Positions 9,601 through 18,241 of a DNA stretch of 29,026 nt are shown piece by piece (position 1 is the stretch's first letter; the number at the start of each line of letters is the position of its first letter). The notes below the pieces were generated by a model. It was not told the origin of the DNA, ran no database searches, and saw only the letters and a program-made list of their open reading frames with translations. Made by a program: the position numbers and the translations under genes. Source of the DNA: a virus (taxonomy: Duplodnaviria; Heunggongvirae; Uroviricota; Caudoviricetes); IMG/VR virus record IMGVR_UViG_3300033069_001022, positions 90,960 to 119,985 of that record; one strand, given 5' to 3'.

Positions 9601-11885
9601 TTGAGCAAATTGAAAATACAATATATACAACTGATGAGAAGGAAAATAGAAAAAGAAAAGAAGAGCATAGATTAAGAACAATAAAGGATTTTGACTTCTT
9701 TAGAGGTAGAGGATTTGAAGGTTTTCAAAATAGAACTTTTCAAAACCTTGTGAAACAAGCAGTTATTGAAGAGAAACATTACACTGAAGAGTTTAAAAAA
9801 CTATCTGGTCCAGCACTGGATATGTATAATTTTATTTTTGAACTGAACAGAAGAGCTTTTAAACAAGGTTACTTAGGACAGGGTAATTCTATGAGGTTTT
9901 TCCCTTTTGTTTTAGGCACTACTCTGGAAAGATTACAGCAAAGTGATAATATATTAACAGGTGCTTATAGTAGTTTATCAGATGCTTTTACTGTACAGAA
10001 AGATGATACAATAGAATATGGACAGATTGATCCTGAAACAGGTAAACTAGCTAAATCTATACCTAAATTCTTCACCAAAAAAGGTGATAAAGAGGGTAAA
10101 GAAAATGAGCTATCTACTGATTTATTAAAAGTTATTCCTTTATATATCAGGGCTTTACAGGAATATGAAACCTCTAAAGACTTGGAAATGACTCTATTAG
10201 CTATGCACACTGTTGAGAAAGCTAAAGGACACTTTGAAGTTAAGAATAATAAAGTTGTTTTTGAAGGAGATGTTCCCAAGGTATTTGATTCAAATGAGGC
10301 AAATGCTGCTGTATTAGAGGTAATGACTGATGATGCTATATATGGTATTAGACAAGAAGCAGATACACTTCTGGATACAGTAATCTCCAAAACTTCTAAA
10401 GGAACTGAAGAAGAGAAACAAAGAAGGGCTATGTCTGCTAAGAAAACTATTCAGCAGACTAATGCTTATACACAGGGTTTAGCAGTAGGTCTAAAAGTTT
10501 TAGTTGCAATACCTAACTTTGTTGGTGCTTTTATGCAATCAGTAGTTAATGCTGGATTATATTACACAGTAGCTGATTATAACAGGAACTTTGGTAATGT
10601 AGTGGGTAGTATATTTACTGGGAAAGAGGGTAATGTAATGAAGGGATTATTGGATTTAGTGATACCTTTAAATGAAGATATTGTAAAAGAGGGACAGAAG
10701 AAAATAGCAGCTAAACAATCTCCTCTTAAATGGCTATCTGTTTGGTCTTTTCAGGATGTATTAATGTCTACCAATAGAATTGGGGATATAGCACATCAAC
10801 TTACTAATGCATACTCTTGGTTGGATAATAGTATGGTAGTAGATGGTAAGATTGAAAATATAAGGCAGTATGTTCAAAAAAAGAATGCAAAAAGGTATGA
10901 GAACCCATCTACTTTAGCTCAAGTAGAAAAGGATATGGAAGAAGAGGTTAAAACCTTAAAACAAACTAAATCTCTACCAAAGATAGCTACTTTTAACAAG
11001 GATGGTATATTAGAAATTCCTGGAGTTACAGAAGAAGAGATTTCCAGATATAGAACAAAAGTAACAGAATATGGTAGATATATAACTGGTCAGATGTCTA
11101 CAGAGAATAAAGCCCAGTATAGAAGAAATATACTGGCACAATCTTTCATGATGTTCAAGAACTGGATACCTAAACAGGTTTCCTTAAGAGCTATGGATAT
11201 TAAGAAAGATCCTGTATTGGGACAATGGGAATATGGTAGAACAAGACTATTTGCAAAGACTATAATGCATATAGGCTTTACTAAAATAAATAAAATTAAA
11301 GATATAATAAATGCTACTCCGGAAGGCATAGCTATTATGCAAGCTATGCTAGAGCAGAAAAGAGAAGATTACTACCAAAAAACAGGATTAGAATTACAAA
11401 TCACGGAATCTGAGTTCTTTGATATGATGAGAAAAGAACTACAGGCAGAGATGAAGGAACTTGCTATTCTCGTATCTGTTATAGCGTTGGTAGTAGCTGC
11501 TAAAGTAGCTCAACCACCTGAAGAGGAAGAGGATTTATTAAAGAACAGGTATAAATTCTGGGCTAAAGCAATTAATAAGATATCTGATGAGATGTGGTTC
11601 TATTATAACCCAACATCTGCTGAAAGTATAACCAGAGGTTCTGTAGCTCCTTCCCTTGGTTTATTAAGCAAGGTAACTAAAGTATTCACTTCTTTTGGTA
11701 AAGAAACAACTGGTTATATACTGGAAGATGAGAAGATGCAAAAAGAAGCTTATCCACAGAAATACTTCTTTAATATTGTACCATTTGCTTCCCAGTTTCA
11801 AAATGAGATACTTCCTATAGTATTCCCTGAAGAAGCTAAAGAAAGAGGTATCAGAACTTCTGCTGAGGCAAGAGCTATGAGATAA
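6633..11885 (+). CDS. Large virion cargo/ejection protein (1750 aa) with degenerate zincin-like region, PD-(D/E)xK nuclease domain and C-terminal TM helix
   Basis: EEAMHFAVE ... KVLAE ... SWWQQIVEWFK resembles a zincin with HExxH changed to EExxH. GTKLHNFIEE ... AGTVDL ... VYDWKF ... QLADY are RecB/Cas4-like nuclease motifs. Hydrophobic LAILVSVIALVVAAKVA lies at ~11459-11510. Position next to the virion RNAP matches crAss-like cargo genes. Confidence 0.7.
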   Translation: MSCRIISSPTTGKEETSILWNEIRDIVASDEQADVAYSNIVTEEFVEVFGNWVEEPESIDKSKVNSVGEPLLTEEVRSFIGINSTIVKGPINYYDEPGFKKRNPNFNPETYVNTVNKFGESKQEFPELTPTLEEGVMLQTENEDLTPSKASPETIERVKEWLSRIGVDIKALDTARYKGINGVADILNNIIEIAEGKTNEALTEEAMHFAVEILEITNPALYKKMLSKIGNYQIYKNLSVDETYIKQFTKQGKLDVIGMKKEAIGKVLAETLIRQEQEGVEKPEFLEQSKSWWQQIVEWFKGLINQAGYNPFEKAIEGLNNIGTVESLKNRQELVKLGKRVEAIQSSETGVFQDEINKALDNKDYRAAISLIANQLTPETFQTVIDKNLNGDTKLGQDIQDFARVYLQTAPENPTADAIIAAIKKIRADYKVVKHSDTVDPEDENNNSYYTAVINGVEKKTDRTTEWAKRENLKKTGGKDYMKERAKDPILKMQDTAKALTGTKLHNFIEETIKVFLRDDGTIMNEDEADLSLLPETKGPVLNAIQTYLLGDPRKGINGFLFQFPAGTKILTEEIIFNPNAKNEKGEVVGRAGTVDLMVFLPDGKVKVYDWKFMGFTPDKIDQAPQKKTQHALQLADYRRTMKESFGVKDIELQTVPFGAVYKMKDVDGKKVPVLKSVVTGNINIRNEENTFLLPVVPEDQSSGNKDVDNLVKALKAHYKKLYDKPVGPEGERYIKIQGLNQLSVAIRNLQVALNFKPLEAEAVTFKKNILETIDKYKEIDVSGLEKEDINKQINELLDLLKSADTYSNLDKAFISEYGEDNLGKDETLLLKNLSAASSAAKNSKKELTDLLKKYVAQAAIEQGFSPTEVLSATKEVQGIINSFLEGTKLPNATMNLAAKIVLEARSNDKRLIAAEIEKFGKIYTELQKAHPSDPFKAIGDGHELIRKTKAEFWKALSDAYENENANFILENVDQEKLKKSIADLIEKRFEQIENTIYTTDEKENRKRKEEHRLRTIKDFDFFRGRGFEGFQNRTFQNLVKQAVIEEKHYTEEFKKLSGPALDMYNFIFELNRRAFKQGYLGQGNSMRFFPFVLGTTLERLQQSDNILTGAYSSLSDAFTVQKDDTIEYGQIDPETGKLAKSIPKFFTKKGDKEGKENELSTDLLKVIPLYIRALQEYETSKDLEMTLLAMHTVEKAKGHFEVKNNKVVFEGDVPKVFDSNEANAAVLEVMTDDAIYGIRQEADTLLDTVISKTSKGTEEEKQRRAMSAKKTIQQTNAYTQGLAVGLKVLVAIPNFVGAFMQSVVNAGLYYTVADYNRNFGNVVGSIFTGKEGNVMKGLLDLVIPLNEDIVKEGQKKIAAKQSPLKWLSVWSFQDVLMSTNRIGDIAHQLTNAYSWLDNSMVVDGKIENIRQYVQKKNAKRYENPSTLAQVEKDMEEEVKTLKQTKSLPKIATFNKDGILEIPGVTEEEISRYRTKVTEYGRYITGQMSTENKAQYRRNILAQSFMMFKNWIPKQVSLRAMDIKKDPVLGQWEYGRTRLFAKTIMHIGFTKINKIKDIINATPEGIAIMQAMLEQKREDYYQKTGLELQITESEFFDMMRKELQAEMKELAILVSVIALVVAAKVAQPPEEEEDLLKNRYKFWAKAINKISDEMWFYYNPTSAESITRGSVAPSLGLLSKVTKVFTSFGKETTGYILEDEKMQKEAYPQKYFFNIVPFASQFQNEILPIVFPEEAKERGIRTSAEARAMR

Positions 11886-11972
11886 TGCTATATAAGGTAA
11901 AAATCTTCAAAATCACTTGGTTTTTACAGATGAATAAATTAATTTTACACTAATCACTCTAATAAATATCTA

Positions 11973-13685
11973 ATGAATATCTGTAATTATAAACCTATAC
12001 ACTGGCAACCAAATATAGTACCAGATGTAAATAGCAGGTTTAGATTTGTTTATAGGTCAATTTGTCATATTCAAGCTAGTTCTTTTGAATTCTTGTATGG
12101 TAGTAATGATCCTTTAAATGACCCTAATCACTCTCATGCTATATATCTGAATACAACTGATGGCACTATTTGGGACTGGAATAATACTACCAGTACTTGG
12201 GAATTAATATATACACCAACAGGTGGACCAGGTGGTTCCCAAAATCTTCAACAAGTTTTAGATGAAGGTAATACAGCAATTAATCAAACAATTACGCTTT
12301 TTGCTGATGGTTCTAGATATTCCGCAATAAGTGATGATGATGTAGCTGAAGCCATAATAGGTGTAGATACTGAACCCTATCTATTGTTTAGAAATAGCTC
12401 AAACAATGAATTATATCTAAGAATGAGTTTGGCTTCCGGGAATACAGTTGAATATCCAGCAAATTCTGGAACATTAGCTCTTCTTTCAGATATACCTCCA
12501 GCAACCCCAACTGTAATAGTTACTAAAACAACTACTTATACTCTTCAATTAGCTGATGCAGATAATGATACACTGTTTGAGATGAATGCAGCTACAGATG
12601 AAGATTTCATCATAGATTCTGCTATTAATTTTCCTATTGGTACTTCTTTTATCTTTGCAAGAAGAGGAATAGGGGAATTGAATATAATTCCAAATGGCTC
12701 TACTGTTATTTTATCCGCTAATGCAGCTACAAATTTAACCTTTCAAGATAGTGGTGCTACAATTATAAAAGTATCAGCTACAGAATGGAGGTTATTTGGA
12801 GATATTGGTGATCCAGTAGTAACGACTCCAGGTGGATTAAATAAAGAAATTCAATTTAATGATAATAATACAGGATTTGGAGGAGCAAGTGGTTTCACAT
12901 ATGGTCCATTAAATGTTAGTGGAGTATTAGAACTTGATTCAACAGAAACAGTAAGAGCTGTATTTTCTATTAATAGTAGTGCAGCATCATCTACCATATT
13001 CCAAATAGTTGATAGAGCTAATCCTGGAACTAGTAAATATTTTACCGTTGGCCCTGCTGGTGGATTAATGGCTGGTAGTTGGGTAGTCAGTAATGGAGGG
13101 AATTTAACAATAGCTACAGCAGCTTTAGGTGCAAGTTCTATGTTTCGTTTAAGTAATGTAGCTACAACCAGACGTATAGATTTTCTTCTTAATTCTGATA
13201 ATACCTTTAGTATAAAGGATAATACAGCAGGTGCTGATAGATTTATTATAAACCCAGCAGGTGAGATTTTAATACCAACTTTAGATACAGACGGTACAGC
13301 TCCAACCACTACAGGAACTACTAAAAATGTAATGGCAGATGGTGCAGGAAAATTAACTTTCTCAACTATTAAAGAGTATGTAGCGATACTTGATCAAACC
13401 GGTACATCTGCACCAACTGCAACAGTATTACGTAATACATTAGGAGGTACTGTAGTATGGAGTTATGTAAGCGATGGGGCTTACGAAGCCACATTAACAG
13501 GTGCTTTTCCAACTTTAAAAACAGTGTTCTCTATTGTTAATTATAGCTCTGATTATCAAGTGGCAGCTTACGCAGATGGTAGTAACAATAAAATAATTCT
13601 AAATGTAGTATCTGTATCTGGAGGGTATTTGCCATCCAATGACGGACTTACGCAATGTTCTTTTCAAATATTTGTTTATCCATAA
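11973..13685 (+). CDS. Tail fibre-like structural protein (570 aa)
   Basis: G/T/S/N-rich beta-strand composition, QNLQQVLDEGN motif, an internal YTL..D...EW.L.GD module and a C-terminal YVAILDQTGTSAPTATVL module; lies in the tail region. Confidence 0.6.
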   Translation: MNICNYKPIHWQPNIVPDVNSRFRFVYRSICHIQASSFEFLYGSNDPLNDPNHSHAIYLNTTDGTIWDWNNTTSTWELIYTPTGGPGGSQNLQQVLDEGNTAINQTITLFADGSRYSAISDDDVAEAIIGVDTEPYLLFRNSSNNELYLRMSLASGNTVEYPANSGTLALLSDIPPATPTVIVTKTTTYTLQLADADNDTLFEMNAATDEDFIIDSAINFPIGTSFIFARRGIGELNIIPNGSTVILSANAATNLTFQDSGATIIKVSATEWRLFGDIGDPVVTTPGGLNKEIQFNDNNTGFGGASGFTYGPLNVSGVLELDSTETVRAVFSINSSAASSTIFQIVDRANPGTSKYFTVGPAGGLMAGSWVVSNGGNLTIATAALGASSMFRLSNVATTRRIDFLLNSDNTFSIKDNTAGADRFIINPAGEILIPTLDTDGTAPTTTGTTKNVMADGAGKLTFSTIKEYVAILDQTGTSAPTATVLRNTLGGTVVWSYVSDGAYEATLTGAFPTLKTVFSIVNYSSDYQVAAYADGSNNKIILNVVSVSGGYLPSNDGLTQCSFQIFVYP

Positions 13686-13702
13686 TTTAAAAACATAAAA
13701 AA

Positions 13703-13936
13703 ATGAATGTACAAAACTCAGTAAAAACAACAATTGCAACTGAAAACGGAACATTTGAGGTAAAACTCGATGTTGATGTTGATGGAAATGTATGCGAAGT
13801 ATCAATCTACAATCCTTTGACAGGCTTTGGTGGAACGGTACAATACGACATTCCAAGCAACCAGTTTGGTATCATGGTAAAGAACCAATCAAAATTGCAG
13901 ATTGATACCAACGGTAATGTATTGGATTGTGGGTAA
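13703..13936 (+). CDS. Hypothetical protein (77 aa, beta-rich)
   Basis: ATG after an A-rich leader (aaacataaaaaaATG); directly follows the fibre gene. Confidence 0.55.
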   Translation: MNVQNSVKTTIATENGTFEVKLDVDVDGNVCEVSIYNPLTGFGGTVQYDIPSNQFGIMVKNQSKLQIDTNGNVLDCG

Positions 13937-14092
13937 ACTATCTATCAAACTAGTTCTACTTTTTTAGGTATTATACTATTATTAATTGTATTATTTTTAC
14001 CTTTATCCGAAATAACTAAAGTATGGTTAACAGTTTTTGGAGTTATACTAACTGTAATATTTGGAGGATTAATTGTTCTTAAAAATGAATAT

Positions 14093-14284
14093 ATGTTTCA
14101 AGAAGCTTTTGGTTATGGTCAATGGGTTGCTTTACTGATAGGTATAGTAATGTCATGTGTATTTGGTTGGATGGGATGGGTACGAAAAGTATCTTGGGCT
14201 AATGCTTGGAAATGGGCATCTATTGGATTGTTTTTATTAACAATACTATCTGCATTAGTAATGTGGAATGATGCTAAACCATGA
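14093..14284 (+). CDS. Small membrane protein (63 aa, 2 predicted TM); frame is open upstream to 13937
   Basis: Two hydrophobic segments; TGA overlaps the next ATG (ATGA at 14281-14284). Confidence 0.6.
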   Translation: MFQEAFGYGQWVALLIGIVMSCVFGWMGWVRKVSWANAWKWASIGLFLLTILSALVMWNDAKP

Positions 14285-14436
14285 GTAAATTGCTCAAAAT
14301 ATTGTCCTTAGTACTAGGAGCTGGTCTTATCTATCTCTCTACTAAAGTATATTCTAATACTGGTATGGTTTTAATATCCTTATTGGGCATAGCTTTTATT
14401 GTATTAGGTCTTATAGCTTTAACATTTAAGAAATGA
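14281..14436 (+). CDS. Small membrane protein (51 aa, 2 predicted TM), absent from the ORF track
   Basis: Manual translation MSKLLKILSLVLGAGLIYLSTKVYSNTGMVLISLLGIAFIVLGLIALTFKK*; ATGA overlaps with both neighbours. Confidence 0.7.
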   Translation: MSKLLKILSLVLGAGLIYLSTKVYSNTGMVLISLLGIAFIVLGLIALTFKK

Positions 14437-14792
14437 TAGAATTAATTATTAGCTTTTTATTATATCTTTTAGCTATTGCATCTAAATCCATTGCAGATAC
14501 TATACATCATCATCCAAAGACAATGATTTTTAAAGGCAATTTTTGGAAGATGTGGCCTCATGACAACGGATATTACCCATTTACCAAAATACCTAAAGAT
14601 GGTTGGCATACTTTTAATGGATTAATGATTTGTTTTTTAACAGCCATTCCCTTTGTACAATTATTTAGATTTTTTCATTGGGGAATTGTCTGTAGTGGGT
14701 ATGCTTTAGCTGGTATTATATGGATTCTTGGTTTTAATCTATTATATAATAAAACATTTCAAAATGGCAAAAATAAAAAAAATAACGGGTAA
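14433..14792 (+). CDS. Membrane protein (119 aa) with DGWH motif
   Basis: About 3 hydrophobic segments; ATG overlaps the upstream TGA. Confidence 0.65.
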   Translation: MIELIISFLLYLLAIASKSIADTIHHHPKTMIFKGNFWKMWPHDNGYYPFTKIPKDGWHTFNGLMICFLTAIPFVQLFRFFHWGIVCSGYALAGIIWILGFNLLYNKTFQNGKNKKNNG

Positions 14793-15060
14793 TTATACTA
14801 TAATCTCATCGGATGCTGGTAAACACCTTATTGTAGACAGTCCAAATGATGTTACTATAATTGTTCCAGCAACTACTGCTTCAGTAGAGAGTGAGATTCT
14901 TATCAGGAGATATGGAGCAGGAAAGGTAAATATCGTAAGTGATAGTACTTCTAATATAAGGAGTTCCAGAAATGAGTGGGAGATAGCAGATGTATATTCT
15001 GCTGTGGTTTTAATAAAAATTTCATCAAGAGAGTGGACTTTAGATGGTGATAAAAAATAA
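14764..15060 (+). CDS. Stand-alone tail-fibre-type beta module (98 aa)
   Basis: Likely start is ATG 14764 (aaaATGgca). Shares YT....D, R.G.G..NI and IK.S..EW.L.GD with the internal module of the 570-aa protein. Confidence 0.6.
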   Translation: MAKIKKITGNYTIISSDAGKHLIVDSPNDVTIIVPATTASVESEILIRRYGAGKVNIVSDSTSNIRSSRNEWEIADVYSAVVLIKISSREWTLDGDKK

Positions 15061-15068
15061 TTAATTAA

Positions 15069-17939
15069 ATGGGAAATATAGCAAGAAATGGTGTTATAGC
15101 CAGAAAAACCAAAGTTGGTCAACCTCCTTTGAATCTACCTCCTGTTGTAGATGCTGGTATTAATCAGGTAATTACTTTACCTACTAATAGTGTATCTGTA
15201 ACAGGTACAGCTACAGATGCTGATGGTTCTATATCTTCAGTATTATGGACACAGGTATCTGGCCCATCTACTGCAACTATTGTAAATCCTATATTAAATA
15301 CCACTACTATAAGTAATTTAGTAGCAGGGATTTATACTTTTAAATTTACTGCAACAGATAATAAGGGTTTATCAAGTTCTGATACTATAGTAGTCACAAT
15401 TAATGCTGCTGTTCCTGTAAATGTTCCACCAATAGCTAATGCTGGACCAGACAGAAACTTACAGTTACCATCTACTCTTGTTCTGTTAGGAAGTGGAACA
15501 GATACTGATGGTACAATAACAAGTTATGCATGGTCATTTATATCTGGTCCGAATACCCCAATTATTACAACTCCAAATGCTCAAAACACTTCTGTAACCA
15601 ATTTAGTAGAAGGTTCTTATACATTTAGATTGACTGTAACAGATAATAACTCATCTACAGATACGGATGATGTTGTAATAACTGTATTTCCAGAAGTTAT
15701 ATTACCAACTTTAGATGCAAAGATAGCTTTGTTATCTGCTCCCACAGTTCCAATAACAACTTTATCTATTACTAATCCTTCTTTTGTAAATCTTACAAGT
15801 GCCTCTACTTCTTCTGTTAATATTTCTACATACCAATGGACTAAAGTAAGTGGTCCAACATGCACCATTATTAATGGTAATACAAATACATGTACAATCA
15901 ATAACTTAATAACTGGTAATTATGTATTTAGACTACAAATTTGGTTAATATCTCCTTGGGATTCTTATACTGATACTCAGGATTTATCAGTTACAGTAGT
16001 AAATACAGCCAGCCCTACTTATTTTGTAGATACTATAGATGGGGCAGACAGTAATAATGGCACAAGTGAACTTACTGCATGGAGGTCAACAACTAAAGTA
16101 AATGCTGCAATACAAGCTGGTACTATTTTACCTGGTAATGCAGTACTCTTTAAAAGAAATCAAGTTCATTATGGGTCTATAAATGTAACCAGGTCTGGAG
16201 CTTTAAATAATCCAATTACTTTTGGGGCTTATGGTATAGGTCAACTACCTGTATTAACAGGTTTTAATAGTGTGTCAATCTGGAACTCTGTAGGTACAAA
16301 TCTTTGGGAATCAGCTTCTTCACCAAGTACTTTAGCATCCTGTAATATAATATCTTTAAATGGTGTTAACCAGCCTTATGGTAAAATGCCTAAAAGTGGA
16401 TATTGGACTATTACATCAACTACACCAACCAGTATAACTTCTTCTAATTTAAATAGTGCAACAACTGATTGGACAGGTGCAAATGTAGCTTCAAAAACAG
16501 CTAGATGGCATGTTGATAGGTCTGTTGTTTCCAGTCATAGTGGAAATACCATAGCTTTTTCACCTATGTCTTATGAGCCTGTAGCTGGTTGGGGATTCTT
16601 TTTACAAAATCATATTAAAGCTTGTACCCAGCAGAATGACTGGTGCTATAATGCCACTACCAAAAAAATAAGTATATATAGTACAACAACACCTGTTAAT
16701 GTAAAGGTTCCTAATTTAGATATTGGAATTAACCTGAATGCTGTTAACTATATAAAAATCAATAATATAGCTTTTGAAGGGTATAATTCCTATGGTATTT
16801 TTGCAAACCTGTCTAATACTGTAAGTAATACTGGAATTGAGATACAAAATTGTACTTTTAATTTTACAGGTATAGGCGCAGTACATACTAATAGAAGAAA
16901 TAGTGTTGGTATAAATGTTACTAATAACACTATTACAGAAAGTAATGATGTAGGAATACATGTAGGAAATAGTAACAATGCTGTTATCTCTGATAACAAG
17001 ATAACCAATGCTGGTAATCTATTAGGAATGGGTATTAGTGGAGATGAAAGCTATACAGGAATTGTGTGTTATGCTGGAGATGATTGTAAAGTTTATCGTA
17101 ATACTGTTACAAATTCAGGATATGTAGGTATAAGATGGGATGGAAATGGTACTGAAATTGTAAACAATGTTGTTATAAATACCAATTATATTAAAGATGA
17201 TGGTGGGGGTATTTACAATTATCCAAATGAAGGAGATGATATTATTACTTCCCATACACGAAGAAGACTGGTTCAAGGAAATATTGTAATTAGCTCCCCA
17301 GGTGTATTTGAAGGCACTCCTTATAGTAACCTAGAAGGTTATTGTATCTATAATGATGGTAATAGCTCTGATACAGACTTCATTGGAAACTTCTGTTACA
17401 ACGGAGCAGGAACAGTAGGGTGTTTCTTTATGAATGGTGGCTACAATAATGTTGTTGATAACAATGTGTTATTGGGTGGTCAAAGAGCTATTAGAAGTCA
17501 TGTTGTTAGTGGTATTACACCATTGGCACATAAATATACAAACAATACTTATGTAGCCAAAGAGAGTAATCAATACCCTGTTTATATGGAAATAGCAAGT
17601 TTACCTGCTTCCTGGACTTTAACAGGAAATAGATATGCTAAACCTGTAAATGATAGTTCTGCTAAAATCTGGATAGATAAAAGTGGAGTGGATGAATTCT
17701 TTACATTAGCAGCTTACAAAGCATTACCATTTACAGGTGGTAAAGATGCTAATGCTACAAATTCTCCTTTGTCAGTTGCAAACTCTTCAAAAATTATCCA
17801 TTATTACAATGAAACCAGTATTGGTAAAAGTATAAATTTAGGAAGTGGAGTGTATATAGATGCTAAAGATGGTTCTACAAAAACCGGAACTATTATACTA
17901 CAACCATATACAGGAATAGTATTATTAAATACAGTATGA
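15069..17939 (+). CDS. Tailspike/depolymerase-like protein: 2-3 PKD-like Ig domains plus right-handed parallel beta-helix (956 aa)
   Basis: Repeats such as PPVVDAG.NQ.ITLP...GT.TD.DG.I.S..W..VSGP...YTF..T.TDN are PKD-like. YFVD..DG.DSNNGTS...W...PG...FKR...G.....PITFGAYG followed by N/I/G-rich ladders is a pectate-lyase-like beta-helix. Confidence 0.75.
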   Translation: MGNIARNGVIARKTKVGQPPLNLPPVVDAGINQVITLPTNSVSVTGTATDADGSISSVLWTQVSGPSTATIVNPILNTTTISNLVAGIYTFKFTATDNKGLSSSDTIVVTINAAVPVNVPPIANAGPDRNLQLPSTLVLLGSGTDTDGTITSYAWSFISGPNTPIITTPNAQNTSVTNLVEGSYTFRLTVTDNNSSTDTDDVVITVFPEVILPTLDAKIALLSAPTVPITTLSITNPSFVNLTSASTSSVNISTYQWTKVSGPTCTIINGNTNTCTINNLITGNYVFRLQIWLISPWDSYTDTQDLSVTVVNTASPTYFVDTIDGADSNNGTSELTAWRSTTKVNAAIQAGTILPGNAVLFKRNQVHYGSINVTRSGALNNPITFGAYGIGQLPVLTGFNSVSIWNSVGTNLWESASSPSTLASCNIISLNGVNQPYGKMPKSGYWTITSTTPTSITSSNLNSATTDWTGANVASKTARWHVDRSVVSSHSGNTIAFSPMSYEPVAGWGFFLQNHIKACTQQNDWCYNATTKKISIYSTTTPVNVKVPNLDIGINLNAVNYIKINNIAFEGYNSYGIFANLSNTVSNTGIEIQNCTFNFTGIGAVHTNRRNSVGINVTNNTITESNDVGIHVGNSNNAVISDNKITNAGNLLGMGISGDESYTGIVCYAGDDCKVYRNTVTNSGYVGIRWDGNGTEIVNNVVINTNYIKDDGGGIYNYPNEGDDIITSHTRRRLVQGNIVISSPGVFEGTPYSNLEGYCIYNDGNSSDTDFIGNFCYNGAGTVGCFFMNGGYNNVVDNNVLLGGQRAIRSHVVSGITPLAHKYTNNTYVAKESNQYPVYMEIASLPASWTLTGNRYAKPVNDSSAKIWIDKSGVDEFFTLAAYKALPFTGGKDANATNSPLSVANSSKIIHYYNETSIGKSINLGSGVYIDAKDGSTKTGTIILQPYTGIVLLNTV

Positions 17940-18241
17940 TTATAACATCACAAGGAGATCTTAATGTTGGAGGAGGGGTAATTTATGGTCCTCCAGTAAA
18001 CAATCAAGGATATATTACAGGTATGTCCTTTACAAACCTATCTTCTTTTGTGTTGGAAGTGTATTTATACCGAAAAGTACCAAATTCTAAAAAATTACTA
18101 TATAAATTAACACTTGATGCAGGTGATATAGTAGAGGATGATACAGAATATGTATTAGATTATGGAGATTACCTATGGGCAAAGTCTTCAGTAACTGGTA
18201 CTCAATTTGTAATTATGGGAAGTGTATCAAGAACAGTATGA
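17936..18241 (+). CDS. Small structural protein (101 aa), probable beta-sandwich
   Basis: ATGA-coupled to both neighbours; alternating hydrophobic beta pattern; tail module context. Confidence 0.55.
   Translation: MIITSQGDLNVGGGVIYGPPVNNQGYITGMSFTNLSSFVLEVYLYRKVPNSKKLLYKLTLDAGDIVEDDTEYVLDYGDYLWAKSSVTGTQFVIMGSVSRTV

Noticed and set aside
11897-11947. GTAAAAA...TTTTTAC inverted repeat and a TTG-N20-TAATTTTA promoter-like site upstream of the fibre gene
   Set aside because: The short AT-rich arms with a 17-nt gap do not form a credible terminator, and the -7 box mismatches the consensus; too weak to list as a feature.
3973-13856. Antisense and alternate-frame ORFs in the track (3973-4188, 5131-5373, 6373-6654, 6687-7001, 6962-7282, 8798-9049, 9050-9442, 9965-10390, 11090-11329, 12851-13309, 13599-13856)
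   Set aside because: They lie within long, motif-bearing + strand genes and show the Ser/Leu/Phe-rich composition of shadow frames.
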